Of a DNA stretch of 64,000 bases, positions 63,114 to 64,000 are shown piece by piece; position 1 is the first letter of the stretch, and every line of letters begins with the position of its first letter. The DNA is from Sedimentisphaerales bacterium (GTDB lineage Bacteria > Planctomycetota > Phycisphaerae > Sedimentisphaerales > SM23-30): positions 226,691 to 290,690 of the forward strand of contig CAXXMR010000008.1 in assembly GCA_963663805.2 (NCBI GenBank). The letters run 5' to 3'. The notes under the pieces were generated by a model. It was not told where the DNA came from, searched no databases, and saw only the letters and a program-made list of their open reading frames with translations. Position numbers and translations under genes: made by a program.

Positions 63114-63979
63114 TTAAACAGGGCGTGCATGGTTATGGGGGGTGACCAGTCCGCCGGTTTTTTCCGCGGCGTAGCCGAGGCAGATGCCGAAGATGAACAG
63201 GGCGGGCCAGTGCTGCCAGTCGGCATGTACCAGGGCGAACAAGGCGGCGGTTATTAAAATGGCCAACCAGCGGGTGTTTGGGTGGTCCCATTCTGGTTCG
63301 GGTAATTCTGCATTATTTTCCTGTTCTTCGGGTGCGGTGACGGTCTGGGGTGAGAGGTATAATCGGCTGATGATTTTGATTATGTAAGGTTGGATTGTGC
63401 CGCGGAAGAGAAATTCTTCGGTGACAGGGGCAGCGACGGCGGCGGAGAGTGACAGCAGCAGGATAGTGTATGGGTCGGGGTTCTGGGCGAGTTTTTCGAG
63501 GAAGAGATGTTTCTGGATGGTTTCGTAACCGCAGATTTCGCAGAGTGTCAGGGTGACGATAAGTGCAGAACCGACCAGGCCGGTCGATATTATCAGCAGG
63601 ATGATGCCGCGGACGATGTCGCGGGGGATGCTGGTCAGGCGACAGGCGAATCCGCTGATGCCGTTTTGGAAACGAAAGGCGGCAAGGCAGAGTATGAAGA
63701 CGGCGACGGTACATTGGCCGGTAAGGAGCTTGAGCAGGAATTTATTCCATTGAGCGTTTTCGGCGTTTTGGATTGGGGGGATCGAGGCCAGGCTGGCCAT
63801 GAGGAATACCGCGAGAATTATGATGATGTCGTACCAACGGAGGCTGTTGCGTCCTAAGGGTGGGAGAATCGTCGAACGCATTTTTTGCCCAGGTTGGTTC
63901 GGGCTAGCCAATAAAGGGTGATGGCCAGACTGATAAGGCCCCAGGCGATGTCGTATATGGTTGTTTGTTCTTCGAGCAA
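63114..63979 (-). CDS. CPBP/Abi (CAAX) intramembrane metalloprotease; both ends appear frameshifted
   Basis: APVTEEFLFRG, LFALVH; another frame upstream reads LLEEQTTIYDIAWGLISLAITLYWL. Confidence 0.85.
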
Positions 63980-64000
63980 CTCTTAGTTATTCCCAAGTTC

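Overview
Bacterial chromosome segment, most likely a planctomycete of the Phycisphaerae/Sedimentisphaerales type. This is inferred from the unlinked 23S-5S operon, the short 5S rRNA, and a beta-helix/dockerin-like secreted protein. Left to right: a sensor kinase and a Na+:solute symporter; a compact type VII-like locus (WXG100 gene, two helical partners, FtsK/EccC-like ATPase); an AAA_14 ATPase next to tRNA-Ser; an nqrABCDEF-like operon whose A subunit keeps two RnfC-type 4Fe-4S motifs; a response regulator, azoR and crcB; a decayed island (IS66, orphan Rhs tip, IS4, Fic, tRNA-His att fragment); nadA; a 16S-less rRNA operon with a small membrane ORF between tRNA-Ile and tRNA-Ala; a 15x21-bp tandem array; an array of orphan Rhs toxin/immunity cassettes (deaminase, AHH nuclease); housekeeping genes; and a type II secretion operon. 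Best signals: (1) an rRNA-type boxA plus a REP-like motif follows the last immunity gene of each toxin cassette; (2) an IS110/IS1111 element whose 3' non-coding region holds a readable bridge/seek-RNA loop, with guides matching both sides of its insertion site, which is that REP-like motif; (3) the minimal WXG100/FtsK locus in a probable diderm. Genes in 1-10.7 kb carry many single-base indels, probably long-read errors, so coordinates there are hand reconstructions.
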